From NCBI RefSeq assembly GCF_963921235.1, contig NC_086108.1, positions 63,180,001-63,244,000 on the forward strand: 64,000 nt of DNA. The letters are read 5' to 3'. A program made the position numbers and the translations under genes. This document shows, piece after piece, positions 27,346 through 40,784 of this stretch; the first letter of the stretch is position 1, and each line of letters starts with the position of its first letter. The notes beneath the pieces were generated by a model. That model made no database searches, was not told the origin of the DNA, and saw only the letters and a list, made by a program, of their open reading frames with translations. The DNA is from Mobula hypostoma (lineage: Eukaryota).

Positions 27346-28214
27346 ATATCTTTGAAAAAGTCTTTGAATACTTCAGCCAGTTGGTTAGAACAGGTTTTTG
27401 AAGCTTTACTCATACTTCATTGGGGCCTGTTGCCTTCTGAGGATTCACCCCCCCACCCCCCAGCAAAAGACAGCCTAACATCTGCCTCTGAAACAGAGAT
27501 CACACAGTCTCTGGGTGTAGCAGGAATCTTCACAGCTGTATTTATATTCTTCCTTTCTTCCTTTCAAAGCGGGCATAGAAGGCATTGAACTAATCTGGCA
27601 GTGAAGTATCGCTGCAGTTCCTGCTACTGTATTTCTCTTTGTAGGAAGTAATGTCTTGCAAATCCTGCTAGAGTTAATGTACATCTGATGTCACCTCCAG
27701 CCTCGCTTGGAATTGTCTTTTTGCCCTGGAAATAGCTCTCCACTAGTCATACTTGGTTTTCTTGTACAGACCTGGGTCACAGACTTAAATGCCACAGATC
27801 TAGCCCTCAGCAGATGATGTACCTCTTAGTTCATGCACAGCTTTTGGTTTGGGAACAGCAAATTTTCGTAGACACACACTCATCCATACAGGTTTTAATC
27901 AAGTTGGTGGTAACTGTGGCATGCTCATCCCGATTCGAAGATGAATCCCTGGAAACAGTCCAGTCCACCAATTCAAAGCAGTCCTGTAAGTGCTCCTGTG
28001 TTTCCTATGTCCATACCTTTCACATTACTTCCTTAATAAAAATTAGTTGTGATACTGATTAGTGACCTAAGAAATCATATGATTCTATTTAACACAGGCT
28101 GCAAGAAGACATTAAAGTCAGGAAGTAAATAGGGCAAAAGATGACAAAAGAACTCAATTTGGAAGAGTAAGAAATGCATTCAACATATAGAGGTATGGTG
28201 AGGAAATACGCGAC

Positions 28215-28512
28215 AGACAGTGTGCGGTAGTGTAGTGGGTAGCACAATACTTTCTGGTACCAGAGACCTAAATTCAATTAATGATGCAGCCTGTAAGGAG
28301 TTTGTACGCTCTCTCCGTGACCACGACAGTTTCCTCCGGGTGCTCCGGTTCCCTCCCACAGTCCAAAGATGCACCGGTTGGTAGGGTAATTGGTCATTGT
28401 AAATTGTCCTGTGACTAGGCTAGGGTTAAACTGGGGGATTGCTGGGCAGTGCGGCTGGAAGGGTCAGAAGGGCCTATTAAATGCTGTATCTCAATAAAAT
28501 AAAAAATAAATA
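28215..28512 (+). mobile_element. tRNA-derived V-SINE (HE1-like)
   Basis: A-box-like ggtagtgtagtgg, V-domain tttcctccgggtgctccggttccctcccacagtccaaagatg, and an (aaata)n tail. Confidence 0.8.
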
Positions 28513-29951
28513 AAATCATTGAAATCTACGGAACACTGAAAGGCACTGGTGATATGCTGAAAAATTTCCAGATTATTTGTTTTTAACTCTTTGGTTTGTG
28601 TGTTCAACCAATTACTTTCTGTGTGTATTCAGAGTTTCTGCCTCCATTACTCTTTCACCCTCTAGGTGAATTATTTTTCTTCCCAATTGTCCTTTAATTC
28701 TCTGGGTTATCTCGAATTGATGACTCTTGATTGTTCATCTCACTGGTATATGAAGCAGGCTGTTCTCATCCATCATATCTGCAACCCCATACTCTCATGT
28801 ACTTTCATTGAAACTCCCTTAACATTCTCTATTCCAAATAAAGGACAGCAGCCAACCAATCTTCTTTCATTTTAACTAAAAATGCCCTTTCTGTTCATTT
28901 GCTCAGAGATCTCTTACTGATTCTCTTTGATACTGTAATTTTTTTTTAAGATTATGAGAACACTCAGATCACAGAAAACAGGACAAACCAAAGACTAACA
29001 CTGACAGAACTACATAATTATAACATATAGTTACGGCAGTGCAGAACAATACCATAATTTGATAAAGAATAGACCATGGGCACGGTAAAAAAAGTCCCGA
29101 TCGACTCCCGAGTCCCCGACAGCAGGCGGCAAAAGGGAGAAACGCCCTGCCATAAACCTCCAGGCACCGACAACTGCCAATGCATTGGAAGCAGCTGACC
29201 ACAGCCGACACTGAGTCTGTCCATCTGAAAACTTCGAGCCTCCGACCAGCCCCTCCGATACAGCCTCCCGAGCGCCATCCTCTGCTGAGCGCCTTCGACC
29301 TAGCCCCAGCCGCCGAAACAAGCAAAGACGAGGATTCGAGGCCTTCTGCTCCGGAGATTCCAGTTACCATACAGTAGCAGCGGCAGCGAAGCGGGCATTT
29401 CATATTTGTTATTTACATAATTGAAACAATATTCTAGCTATGATCCAACTAGAGTTTTGTAACTTTCTCTGTAACCTCATTGCTTTTTTTGGCTTTATCT
29501 GTTAAAGATAAGTCTTCTAGATGCTTTCATAAGCTTCTTATCTACCTGTTTCTCTACCTTTAGGGGTATCTTGACATGTACTCCAGGATTTATCGTTTCC
29601 TCTGTGCTTTAGAGCATCCAGTTGCTTCTTGTGTATTTCCTTGCTATATCTCTATTCCTTGAATGCATTTTCCACTTTTCCAAATTGACTTGGTTTGTCA
29701 TCTTCTGCCCTACTTGGTTCCTGTCTTTGATATCTTCTTGTAGCCTCCGATAAGTAGCATAGTGGCTATGTCCATATGGTTTTTTAGGTCACTAATCTGC
29801 ATCACAACTGATATTATTAAAAAAATAACCAAGTAAAACACCTATTTGGGTGGGGCAATGGGCACTTCAAAAATTAAGTGAAAATGTTTGTTTTAACTTT
29901 AAAATCGAGTTTACAGAATAATATTTTTAATAAAATTGTTCTTAATGACAG

Positions 29952-30005
29952 AGGCCTTGGAAAGGAACAAAAGTTGCCAAGATATGGAAGACTCAGTAAC
30001 AGAAG
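29952..30005 (+). CDS. KIAA1958-like gene internal exon (18 codons)
   Basis: Acceptor tgttcttaatgacag, donor AAG|gtaatt, phase 1 at both ends, open frame EALERNKSCQDMEDSVTE. Confidence 0.72.
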
Positions 30006-30654
30006 GTAATTTGTATCTTCGCAAATATTTTTTATTATTTTAGTCTATTGAATTTTCACTGCAGGTTCTTCCCATTAGGCACGCTAATGTAGGTAACCAA
30101 GTTCATTTAAACAAGCTGAGGTAGAAATTCAAAGTTTACTACTTGCATTATATGTCCTTAAACAGTAACAGTTGCTTATTATACTCTGCTACTGAAATTT
30201 GACCCCAAGGAAGTTAATGAGAACAATTTGCTCTACCTTTGTAACTGCTTTATGAGACCTTGCTGCACTGTCTGTCTGCCATATTTCCCACTATGCAAGT
30301 ATGACTATATTGCAAAATTTGTCATTAAGCACGTTTTGGAAAAGGATGTATATTTACAAACCTTTTAAAATTTGAAATGTATGGTTATTGATTAACAGTA
30401 TTGAATGTGTATCCAATTAAATGTGACACAGGTCTACAGCTCAGAGATAACAGCTTGACAGTTTGAGAATTTGCATTTGGTCTGCTTTAGAAAGTAAAGT
30501 AGTAATACCAATGAATGACTATGAAGCTCAAAGAAAGTCAAGTGGATCAGTAGAGCCCTTTGTGTAAGGGGCTTGAATTTTGACATATAGTGGTGCAAAT
30601 CTGGTTGTCTCCTAACTGCCTTTTGAAGTAATCCTAACCAACTATTCAATTGTA

Positions 30655-31060
30655 TTAAGCAACACACATAAAAGTTGTTTAGCCCATGGCACTTTCAACT
30701 TCTCCTATACATGTATTTATCCAGATGGCTTTTAAACATTGCTAAAGTGCCTGCCTTGCCCACTGTTTCTGACAGTTCGTTCCAAATGCGCACCACCCTT
30801 TGAGTGAAGAAGCTGGCTCTGATTGTCTTTTTAAACCCCCAGCCTCTGATTTTAAGTTTATACCCTCTTGATTTCAGCACCTCCTCCCAGTGAAAAAGAA
30901 TATGTGCTTTTACCATGTCTATGTCTATCATAATCTTATATACCTCTATCAGGTCACTTAGCAGTCTCTTATGTTCCAGGGAATTAAGTCCTGGTCAATG
31001 CAACCTTTCTTTGTAACTCAAGTCCCCAAGTCCAGAGAACATCCTGGTCAATGTGATTGA
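30655..31060 (-). mobile_element. CR1 3' fragment
   Basis: SRGYKLKIRG...FFTQRVVRIWNEL...FKSHLDKYM. Confidence 0.8.
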
Positions 31061-31889
31061 TGATTACTTCACTGAAAAGAAATGTCACGTAGGATCCGTT
31101 CAAGGAAAGTGCCAAAGCTATTGTGGCAAGATGTGTTTTTAAATGAAACTACACTTAAGGACAGCCTCGCTTGACTCACAGTTCCTAGTTCTTAATATGT
31201 AGCTCACCATAACTTATGAGGGTTTTGAATTACGGTGATCCTGTAACTTTTGCACAAAATTGCTAAACACTGTTTCTTTTTATTTGCTAATATAATATAC
31301 CTTTATGAAGAGAGTAGTTAATGGACAATAGTTTTCTTTTTTTTTAATTTTATTTTTATTTGGATAAGGAGTTCACAATTATCATGTACTTTTTTCTCAC
31401 ATATAACCTTTTCCATTTTTTTATATGTATAAAACTACAATTATTTATACATTCTTAAGTACACATTGAGATGATATGAAAGCAAAATAAACATTTAAAT
31501 AGATAATTATGTACTGTGGTAAATTTAACCTATTAGGCTAAGTAATGAAATTAGTTGTTAAGAAAAATGGTAATAATAGTTTCCATACAACCCTTCTGGA
31601 CCATTTCCACTGGTCCAAAATGTTGCATACAAGCCTATATACCAACCATTGTAGGTGTTTATATCCCAATTTGTTCGTGCTTGTTCCTGCCCACAGACAT
31701 AATTATCCAATCCCTATGTACTTATTTACTTAATTTTTTCATTTTTTTTTATCCCTTTCCCAAATCTTTCCCTTTACTTGTGTTAATTCTCTATTTTCCA
31801 AAAAAAAACAACAAACATTTAGACTAGGGGTGCTTACGTTAGCAATATTACTGTGTTGATGAGAAGAGCAATATAAATCATTAGGAGAG

Positions 31890-34800
31890 TCATCTAAAGT
31901 CTGCTCGCATTGGGGTTATATATTCAATCCATTTATTCCAGATTTGATAAAATGTTTCTTTTTGAGTTCTCAGGGAGTAGGTCAACTTTTCCATTTTAAA
32001 TATTTCCAAGATAATTTCGTACCAATCTTCTAATGTAGGTGGTATTGGATTTAGCCATTTTCTAGTGATTGATTTCTTACTTGCCGCTAAGAGGGCCTGC
32101 AGCAACTTTATATCTTCCTTCTGTTCAAGGAACAATACATGCCCCAAATAGAGCGTCTCAAAGTTCAGAGGTATCTGGGACCTAAGTACCTTAACTAATG
32201 TTCTATGAATACCTTCCCAAAATAGACTTAATTTAGGGCAATCCCAGAAAATATGAAAATGATTTGCCTCCTTGGAGCCGCACCTTCTCCAACACATCAC
32301 ATTTGTATCTTTATATTTTTCCTGATATGGGATCTTGAAGTATCTTATAATGTTTTTCCAACAATGTTCTCTCCAAGTCAAAGAATTAGTCGAGGACCAT
32401 TGAAAGCTGCAGCTTTTCCCCCAAGCCTCCTCTGAAAGTACCAACCCCGCTTCTTTCTCCCACTTCTCTTTAATATACAGTGTATTTACATTTTTAGCAT
32501 GGGAGAGTGCATTATATAGGCGAGAAACTGATTTACTAGGTATTGAACTGCAAGCCGAATTCAGAATCTTGAAAAATTCTAATTCTACTGTTGATAGGTC
32601 TGTATATCTACAACTCTGGTTAACATAGTTTCATATTTGAAGGTACCTAAAAAAGTCATTATGTTCTAGGCCATGTTTGTCCTGCAGGATTTGGAAACTT
32701 TGTAATACTCTTTTATCTATAAATGAGAGGTAGGTCGTAAGACCTTTCTTTATCCATAGCTCAAATCTTTTATCTCCTCTGTTGGGAAGGAATTCGGTAT
32801 CATATGCACACCATCTAAAGAGTTTTAGCATGTTATTAATTCCACATGAATTAACCACCTTCTGCCATACTTTTAATGTAAGATTTATCCAAGCATTATT
32901 AAATTTTTCCAACTGGGCCATCAATCCTTTGTCAGCTATTGAGGCCTGAAGAGGAAAACTGTCAACTAATCCAAATTCTATTTCCTTCCATCTAGCCTTA
33001 TATTCCCTATTACACCAATATAACAGAGGGGTTATCTGTGAGGCATAAAAATAATTTCTCAGGCAAGGAAGAACCATACCTCCTCTTTCCTTCCCTAACT
33101 GTAAGGTGTTATATCGAATTCTAGGTTTCCTTCCTTGCCAAATGAAGCGGGAAATCCATTTGTCCCATTCCCTGAATTGATTATCATCCACCTCCACTGG
33201 TAAAGTACGGAAAAGATAAGTAATAACCGAGGAAGAATATTCATTTTTATAGTATTTATCCTTGAATTTAAACTTAAAAAGGGGATAAGATTCCATCTAT
33301 GCATATCTGCTTTTATCTCTGAGATTAATGGCCCATAATTTACCTGTGACAGTGTTGAAAGATCCTTCGGCAGGGTTATTCCTAAATATTTTAATGATTT
33401 AGCTTCCCACTTAAGATCGTATGTATCCTGCAATTTTTTGGATGGTGTATAATTTAGGGACATAACCTGCGTTTTCTTTACATTTATTTTATAACCTGAT
33501 ATTTTCCCAAAGTCATCCAACAGTGTAAACAATCCTATAAATGATTTTTCTGGTTCACTCAGATAGACCAAAACATCATCTGCGAATAACGCCACTTTCT
33601 GTTCAATCCCTGCCACCTTGATACCTTTTACGATTTCGCTCTGTCTTATTAGTTGGGCAAGTGGTTCAATATATAGCGCAAAAAGGAGAGGAGAAATTGG
33701 GTATCCCTGTCTAGTGCCTCTCTCTAAAATGAAGGAGTCAGAGAGGTCCCCATTTATCTTAATTCGGGCTGTTGGGCTGTCATACAGAGTCTGAATTACT
33801 TTAATAAACCTTTCTTGAAAGCCGAATCTTCCTAACACTCTGTATAGGAATGCCCAACTAACCGAATCAAAAGCTTTCTCAGCATCCAATCCTACTACCA
33901 TTGTCTCTGTCTCGTTCTTATTAACCTGTTCTAATATGTGCAGAGTTCTCCTTATGTTGTCCTGTGTTTGTCTTTGTTGAATAAATCCAGTCTGGTCTAA
34001 ATGGATTAGGCCAGGTAAAAGCTTTTCCAATCTGCGCGCTAATATAGATGTAAATAGTTTGTAATCTAAATTAAGAACACTAATTGGCCGATAATTGCCA
34101 CATTCTAGTTTATCTTTACCCTCTTTAGGAATAACTGAAATAATCGCTTCTCTCCAGGAAGGTGGAGTTTCTCCTCTCTGCAAGATCCAATTAAAGGTGT
34201 TAAGTAGTAATGGGGCTAACTGTGTCTTCAGGGACTTGTACCATTCTGAGGTAAACCCATCAGAACCCGGGGACTTTCCAGCCTTTAACCTAGAGATGGC
34301 CACGTTCAGTTCTTTGACAGTTACTGGTTCTAATAAACTTTCATTTTGTAAATCTGTAAGTTTAGGTAGATCTAAAAAATTCAATACACTGTATAGGGCT
34401 CACTGGGGGCCCAGGGTTGGGAGTACAGCTCTCGATAATACGTTTCAAAACTCTCTTGAATTTTCCCTATTGTACTCTCCACAAGCTTTGTCTTATGAAT
34501 TGTATTGTCTGCTTGTTGTTTTCGTAATTTATATGCTAATAATCTAGCTGATTTACCTCCTACTTCATAATTCTTTTGTCTCAGGTAAAGAAAATTTCTT
34601 TGAGTTTCCAACGTATAAATATCATCAATTTCACTTTGCAATTTCCTAATTTCCTGTTTTCGATTTGAATTACTTTTGTTGCTATCTCCAACTTGAAGTT
34701 GTTTTAATTTTCCTTGAAGGTCTGCTAATTTTTGTGCATTGATTTTTTTCATGTGAGTAGTAATGGAAATAATTTTCCCTCTCAGTACAGCTTTCAATGT

Positions 34801-35659
34801 ATCCCATAAAATCACTGGTGATGTTTCTCCCGTGTCATTAAAGTCTAGATATTCTTTGATTTCTCCCCTTAATCTCTCCATTACTTTTGGGTTATTAAGT
34901 ATATGTGAGTTTAGCCTCCATAGTGTTTTCCTCATTTTCCTTTCCAGGATTAGAGACATAGAGACTGGGCTATGATCCGACAGATCAATTGTTGCAATAT
35001 TACAGTTTTTTATCCTGAGTCTATCTGTATTAAAGATAAAGAAATAGTCTATCCTTGAATAGGCTGAATGAGGGAAAGAGTAATATGTATAATCTTTACT
35101 AGTAGGGTGTAATTCCCTCCGGACATCTATAATTCCCAACTCCTCCATCAATGAATTCACTTTCCGAGTCAGACGTTTATTCTGAGTAACTATTCTTGAA
35201 GAATCTAATATAGGATTTAATCTAATATTAAAATCCCCTCCACAAATTACTACCCCTCGAGAACTGACCATTAGGTCAAAAATGTGTCTATAAAATGACC
35301 ATTCACTACCTGGAGGAGCATAAACATTCAGCAATGTTATTTCTGTACCTTCTATTCTTCCTGTGATTTTTACAAACCGTCCTTCTTTGTCTCTAGTCTC
35401 TGAAATATGTTCATAATTAAGAGTACTTGATATTAAAGTAGCTACCCCTCTTTTGTGACTCAATTTATATGATGAATAAAATACATGCTTAAAGCCCATT
35501 CTTTTTAATTTTCCATGTTCAGATTGGCTCATATGTGTTTCCTGGAGGAAAGCTATTTGTGCCCTCTTTTTTCAATTTAGACATAATCTTATTTCTTTTA
35601 ATTGGATTCAAAACCCCATTAACATTATAGGAAATTATTTTTACCAATTCAGTTTGCAT
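31890..35659 (-). pseudogene. L1 ORF2p (APE endonuclease, RT, C-terminal Cys domain), frameshifted
   Basis: Starts MQTELVKIISYNVNG at 35659. Contains GGDFN, SRIDYF, SDH, DAEKAFD, GTRQG, FADD and CWRRC..H..WDC. Broken near ~35570, ~34385, ~33220 and ~32630. Confidence 0.92.
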
Positions 35660-36088
35660 TTTTCTCTAGTAGAAAAAAAGCACTCTCCTTTTCTAACCAA
35701 ACAGTAAGCAATCCCTTCTCAACAGTAAACCAAGACATATAACCACACCCTAGACATTTCTGAACGTATAACATTTGAAAATTTTCCCCGACTTCCCACA
35801 GTGAGGCCTGAGCACCGACCCGCCTCAGTTCAGAGGGATAACCTCTATCTTCACCGTGTTAGAGGGCCCTCAGCAGTTTGAATAATCATAGAGAATTTTC
35901 TCCTATTTATGTCTCGACCATATTGCTATCATTCAAGTTATTCCGCCTAGATTATTTTCAGTTACCAGTTTTCATTTTACTTTTAAGTCCGATTTACTCT
36001 TTTCAGTCATTTCTCTTAATTAATCTGTATTCTCTGTACATTCGCGTCTGAATATTTGCAGCTTTTCCTTGTAGTTTGACACTCTGGT

Positions 36089-37006
36089 TCAAGTGGAGTG
36101 TCCTCGCCCCACTAACTGCCATGACTTCTGCCGAATCCTCTCCAGTAGCGACTCCGGTTGAGTGATAACTTTAATAGGTAGTCCCCGGTCCGCCAGGTCC
36201 GACGTTGCCTCCTCCACCGTAGCGTAAGTTTTTGTCCCTTCGTCGTAAAAGACTCTCAGCCGAGCTGGATACAGGGTCTGGAATCTGATGTTGTTTTCCT
36301 TCAGGACTCTCCGTGTTTCCGTATATTCCTTCCGTCTGGCAAGAATCCCCGGTGCGTAGTCGTGGTCTAAACTGATTTTACAGTTGTTCCACATGAAACC
36401 TTTCTTTTGCCATGCTCTTTTAAGCACCTCTTCCTTCGTTCTGTAACTGAGAAATCTGATCAGAATCGATCTGGGCTGGGCGCCTGCCGGCGGCTGTGGT
36501 GCCAACGCGCGGTGAGCCCTTTCTATCTGTAGGTCTTTTGCGGCCGGTATATCAAGGTTCTCTCTAAGCAGCTTCTCTATGAAGGGAATCATCAATCCGG
36601 GTTTACCTTCGGTTCCTTCGGGAACTCCGTAGATCCTCACATTTTCCCTTCTCGAGCGGCCTTCTTGATCTATTAGTTTCCACTGGAGTTGGTCTTGTAG
36701 CTTCAGCATTTCTGCTATCACTTCCTCTGCATTTTGTAGCTTCTCTTCAATTCCAACAATCCTCGCTTCGGCTTCATCTATCCGCGAGTTAGTTTTTACT
36801 ATTTCTCCTTTAATATCTTCCAGCTGTTTGCTGTTATCTTGTCGGAACTCGCGAATCTCTCCGAGAATCAAAGACAAAGTCACCGATTCCCCCTCATTAT
36901 CTCCGTCCTGGCTTGCCGTGGGAGAGCTAGGCCCGTCGCCTTGCTGCATCTCTTTATGTTTATCAGCCTTCGAAGCGGACTTTTTATTCTTGTTCTTAGA
37001 CATCAT
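36089..37006 (-). CDS. L1 ORF1p (coiled coil, RRM, CTD), uninterrupted 305 aa
   Basis: EGRSRRENVRIYGVPEG, IERAHR, PRSILIRFL, DHDY..ARRKEY, YPARLRV. Confidence 0.92.
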   Translation of the reverse strand: MMSKNKNKKSASKADKHKEMQQGDGPSSPTASQDGDNEGESVTLSLILGEIREFRQDNSKQLEDIKGEIVKTNSRIDEAEARIVGIEEKLQNAEEVIAEMLKLQDQLQWKLIDQEGRSRRENVRIYGVPEGTEGKPGLMIPFIEKLLRENLDIPAAKDLQIERAHRALAPQPPAGAQPRSILIRFLSYRTKEEVLKRAWQKKGFMWNNCKISLDHDYAPGILARRKEYTETRRVLKENNIRFQTLYPARLRVFYDEGTKTYATVEEATSDLADRGLPIKVITQPESLLERIRQKSWQLVGRGHST

Positions 37007-37264
37007 TCTTGCCCCTTTTATTAATATAGTTATGCAGTATTAAGTATTTGTCTAAATTCGATTTTGGGGCAGTTTACCTTCTTTTTTGTCGAGAGACCTT
37101 TTCCTTACGCCGCCATTCCCTTGATGACCCGGAAGTCCCCCCGGACAATAGTTTTCATGTGCTACATTGTTTTGTGCAGGCTCATTCTCACTAGTACCTT
37201 CAATTTCCACAAAAAAAAAACATTTACATGGAATCTGAACAAAAACTAAGAAGCTTCAGGAAAC

Positions 37265-37445
37265 ATGGTTGCGTAATTGTTAACATAACGCTGTTACAGC
37301 AACAGTGACCTGGGTTCCATTTTTGGTGCCGTCTGTAAGGATTTTCGATGTTCTCCCTGTGACTGTGTGGGTTTCCTCCCACATTCCAAAGATGTATGGG
37401 TTGGTAGAAGGACCATGCTGTATCTCTAAATAAATGAAATAAAAT
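37265..37445 (+). mobile_element. Decayed V-SINE (HE1-like)
   Basis: gacctgggttcc...gtctgtaagga...gtgggtttcctcccacattccaaagatg, similar to the copy at 28215. Confidence 0.65.
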
Positions 37446-37668
37446 TATTCAGTGCTTCATGTATGACAGCTTGAGCCATTTTGTTTTCCTTGTCTTGGTG
37501 CTTTTCCTGCCATGACGTTTGATGTCATACCAAAATATACAGGCTTTCCTATCATTTTTGTGCTCTCTTATCTTAAAGATCTTTCCTTCGATGCATTAAA
37601 ATAATCAGTACACCTTTCTCAATGTCATTCCCATGTTGTTGAATCTATCAGAATCTTTGATATCCCAA

Positions 37669-38570
37669 TTGTTGTGTATTTAATATTTCAGTAATATTTG
37701 AGTAACATTGTAAATATATTGACCGATTAGGATTTCTTTGTTTGCTTAAATAATTCATTATGGATTATATGTGAAAGTATGTGAATGGCTTATGTCATCA
37801 TGTCACCATATCATAAGCATGTGCCTCACTAAAGTTAAAAACAAAACTAAATGTACATTATTTATCATCACCTCCATATTTTCTTTCAATTAGCTTTATA
37901 TTTTGGAGTTACAAAATTAATAGTGGGAACAAGTAATTCTTAAAAAGAAGCATGACTCTCTTCCTGTTGAAGTGAGCCCTTGTTTTTTGTTGCAAGGGGA
38001 GAAAGACAGTTGCGCTAAAAAAGGGCAGAAAATGGACAAAATTCATGAGTTCATAAAGAATGAAAACCAGTTAAAAATAATAATACATGCTTGAAAAAGC
38101 AGAAATGGTTGGCTCATTGAAAAGATAGATGTGTATAATTGTACGAAAGATAACTGGGGGATGTATACTGAGCAAATTCAGTAGTATTTTAAAACAAATG
38201 GAATGGCCAATGAAATGAGAAATGAGTGTCAGTGTTGCTGAGTATAATAGGTGGAAAAGCATTCAGTTTGCTTAGAGGTTTGACTGTTCCAACCAAACCA
38301 CCTGAAATGAGCTTTGCTGATATCATGCAAGTCATGCAGGAACATTTAGAAGTGAAAAATTTGTTGATTGTGGAATACTTTAGGTTCCATAAGTGGAATA
38401 CATTTCAGCATATATGGCTGATTGAAGAGATGTCTGAGCATTACCAGTTCAGTGATAGGCTTAATGATGCACTGAGAGATCATTTAGTTTCTTGACACTT
38501 ACAAAAAAGCTTTCAGAAACAGCTCCAAACTGAAGCACAAGTCACATTTAAAAGAACAGTTGAAATTGCT
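37669..38570 (+). mobile_element. Decayed Gypsy element: probable LTR (~37669-37921) and gag remnant
   Basis: TG-initial AT-rich segment followed by gag SVLLSIIGGKAFSLLRGLTVPTKP..EYFRFHK..LNDALRDHLV. Confidence 0.7.
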
Positions 38571-38571
38571 G

Positions 38572-39360
38572 ACAACAGGAATTCTGCAGATGCTGGAAAT
38601 TCAAGCAACACACGTCAAAGTTGCTGGTGAACGCAGCAGGCCAGGCAGCATATCTAGGAAGAGGTGCAGTTGACGTTTCAGGCCGAGACCCTTCGTCAGG
38701 ACTAACTGAAGGAAGAGTGAGTAAGGGATTTGAAAGTTGGAGGGGGAGGGGGAGATCCAAAATGATAGGAGAAGACAGGAGGGGGAGGGATGGAGCCAAG
38801 AGCTGGACAGGTGATAGGCAAAAGGGATACGAGAGGATCATGGGACAGGAGGTCCGGGAAGAAAGACAAGGTGCGGGGGGTCCCAGAGGATGGGTAAGGG
38901 GTATATTCAGAGGGATAGAGGGAGAAAAAGGAGAGTGAGAGAAAGAATGTGTGTATAAAAATAAGTAACAGATGGGGTATGAGGGGGAAGTGGGGCATTA
39001 GCGGAAGTTAGAGAAGTCGATGTTCATGCCATCAGGTTGGAGGCTACCCAGACGGAATATAAGGTGTTGTTCCTCCAACCTGAGTGTGGCTTCATCTTTA
39101 CCAGGAGGCCATGGATAGACATGTCAGAATGGGAATGGGATGTGGAATTAAAACGTGTGGCCATTGGGAGATCCTGCTTTCTCTGGCGGACAGAGCGTAG
39201 GTGTTCAGCAAAGCGGTTTCCCAGTCTGCGTCGGGTCTCGCCAATATATAAAAGGCCACATCGGGAGCACCGGACGCAGTATATCACCCCAGCCGATTCA
39301 CAGGTGAAGTGTTGCCTCACCTGGAAGGACTGTTTGGGGCCCTGAATGGTGGTAAGGGAA
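38572..39360 (-). mobile_element. Penelope-like retroelement 3' portion (GIY-YIG endonuclease and 3' terminal region)
   Basis: FTCESAGVIYCVRCSRCGLLYIGETRRRLGNRFAEH is a GIY-YIG motif with CxxC. The terminal ~130 bp is the sequence found in the foldback mini-elements. Confidence 0.92.
38667..38703 (-). ncRNA. Minimal type I hammerhead ribozyme motif in the PLE terminus (one stem I mismatch)
   Basis: Minus strand reads agtc-CUGACGA-aggGUCUCGGccu-GAAAC-GUC-aacu. Confidence 0.7.
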
Positions 39361-40349
39361 TTCAATTGTATTAAAGAGTTTGCAGGAAAATAGTGGAAAG
39401 GACCCCCTTAGCTGCCATCTAGATATTAAAGCAGAGCATGCTGAAAGCCGTCACTGCATGCAGGATCCTGAATTACTTGGAAACCAGTGCCAAAATTGTT
39501 GGAGTTATTCTGCAGACTAGTTAGTTAATATCTTGACATTCGTGCTGACCATCCTCATGTCCCAGGTTTTACTGACAAGAGTGTTAACTTAAGAGGTGAA
39601 GTTACTGTGATTTATAAGTGAGGAAGGTAGATTTGGGAGTATGGAATTAATCAAAGTTCAAAGTAAATCTATTATTAAAGTACATATATATTACCATATA
39701 CAACCCTGCTAATCATTTTTGCAGGCATTCACGGTAAATATAAAGAAACACAACACTATTGAATCAATCGAAGACCACACATAACAATCCAATGTGCAAA
39801 AACAAGAAACTGCAACTACAAAAATAAATAAATAAATACTGAGAACATGAGATGACGAGAGTGTTGTGAGTGAAGTTGAGTGAAATTATCCCCTCTGATT
39901 CAACAGCCTGATTGTTTAAGGGCAATAACTGTTCCTACAACTGCTTTTGTGGGTCCTGAGGATGCTTCCTAACGGCAGTAGCAAAAATGCGTTTGACAAG
40001 AAAATTTGTAGTTTATCACCTCCTATCCTCCAGTTTGGAGGCAGTTTGCAAATTAGCGAGGACACACTGCAATCGCCTGGAGAATTTCAGTGTTCATCAG
40101 TAGGTCTAGCTTTGTACCTCTATCTTTGATGTGGTACTCACCAAGCTATTTTTGCAGAGTGCACCAGTAGTAGTTAGATGGTATTAGTTGGGAGGGATAC
40201 AATATGTTTCATGTAAATCACATCCTGCTTCAAACAAGGAGACATTAGCGGTGCTCAGTGGTATAGTTTAAGAACAGATTAGTATCTCAAAACTTGGCAA
40301 TCATTAAGAGGTGTTGGCCTTCATCAGAAGTAGAAACATGTACTATGAC

Positions 40350-40784
40350 CAGTGGTGCTGTGCTACTCGGAGTGCATCCGGCACATCTTTAAGAAAAAAG
40401 CCGAAATAAACAAGCTAATTAATTAGGTGCCAGCCAGGGTGATCTGAGTATCTCAGAAACTGCTGATCTCCTGGGATTTTTACGCACAACAGACTCTGGT
40501 GTTTACAAAGAATGGTGCCAAAAACAAAAAAACATCCAGCGAGTAGGTTTAACAAGTTGTTTTCGCTCACAGAACAGCCATTCACTGGATTTTTTTTTGT
40601 TTTTGGCACCATTCTTTGTAAACTCCAGAGTCTGTTGTGTGTAAAAATCCCAGGAGATCAGCAGTTTCTGAGATAACTCAAATCACTCTGGGCAGCACCT
40701 AATTAAATAGCTTGTTTATTTCGGCTTTTTTCTTAAAGATGTGCCAGACGTGCGCAGTGCGCTCTGGCTAGCACTGCACCACTG
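40350..40784. mobile_element. Foldback MITE with hAT-type 8-bp TSD and internal inverted Tc1 fragment
   Basis: Ends cagtggtgc / gcaccactg. TSD actatgac (40342-40349) / attatgac (40785-40792). Almost the whole element is self-complementary. Confidence 0.85.

Larger units (their letters stand above)
31337..37142 (-). mobile_element. Near-full-length L1-clade LINE with 14-bp TSD
   Basis: TSD ggacaatagttttc at 31323-31336 and 37143-37156. 5' end GGGGGGACTTCCGG..ATGGCGGC. ORF1, ORF2, AATAAA and A tail all present. Confidence 0.97.

Noticed and set aside
28215..28290. tRNA gene
   Set aside because: Degenerate tRNA-like head of a V-SINE. No cloverleaf and the B box is decayed.
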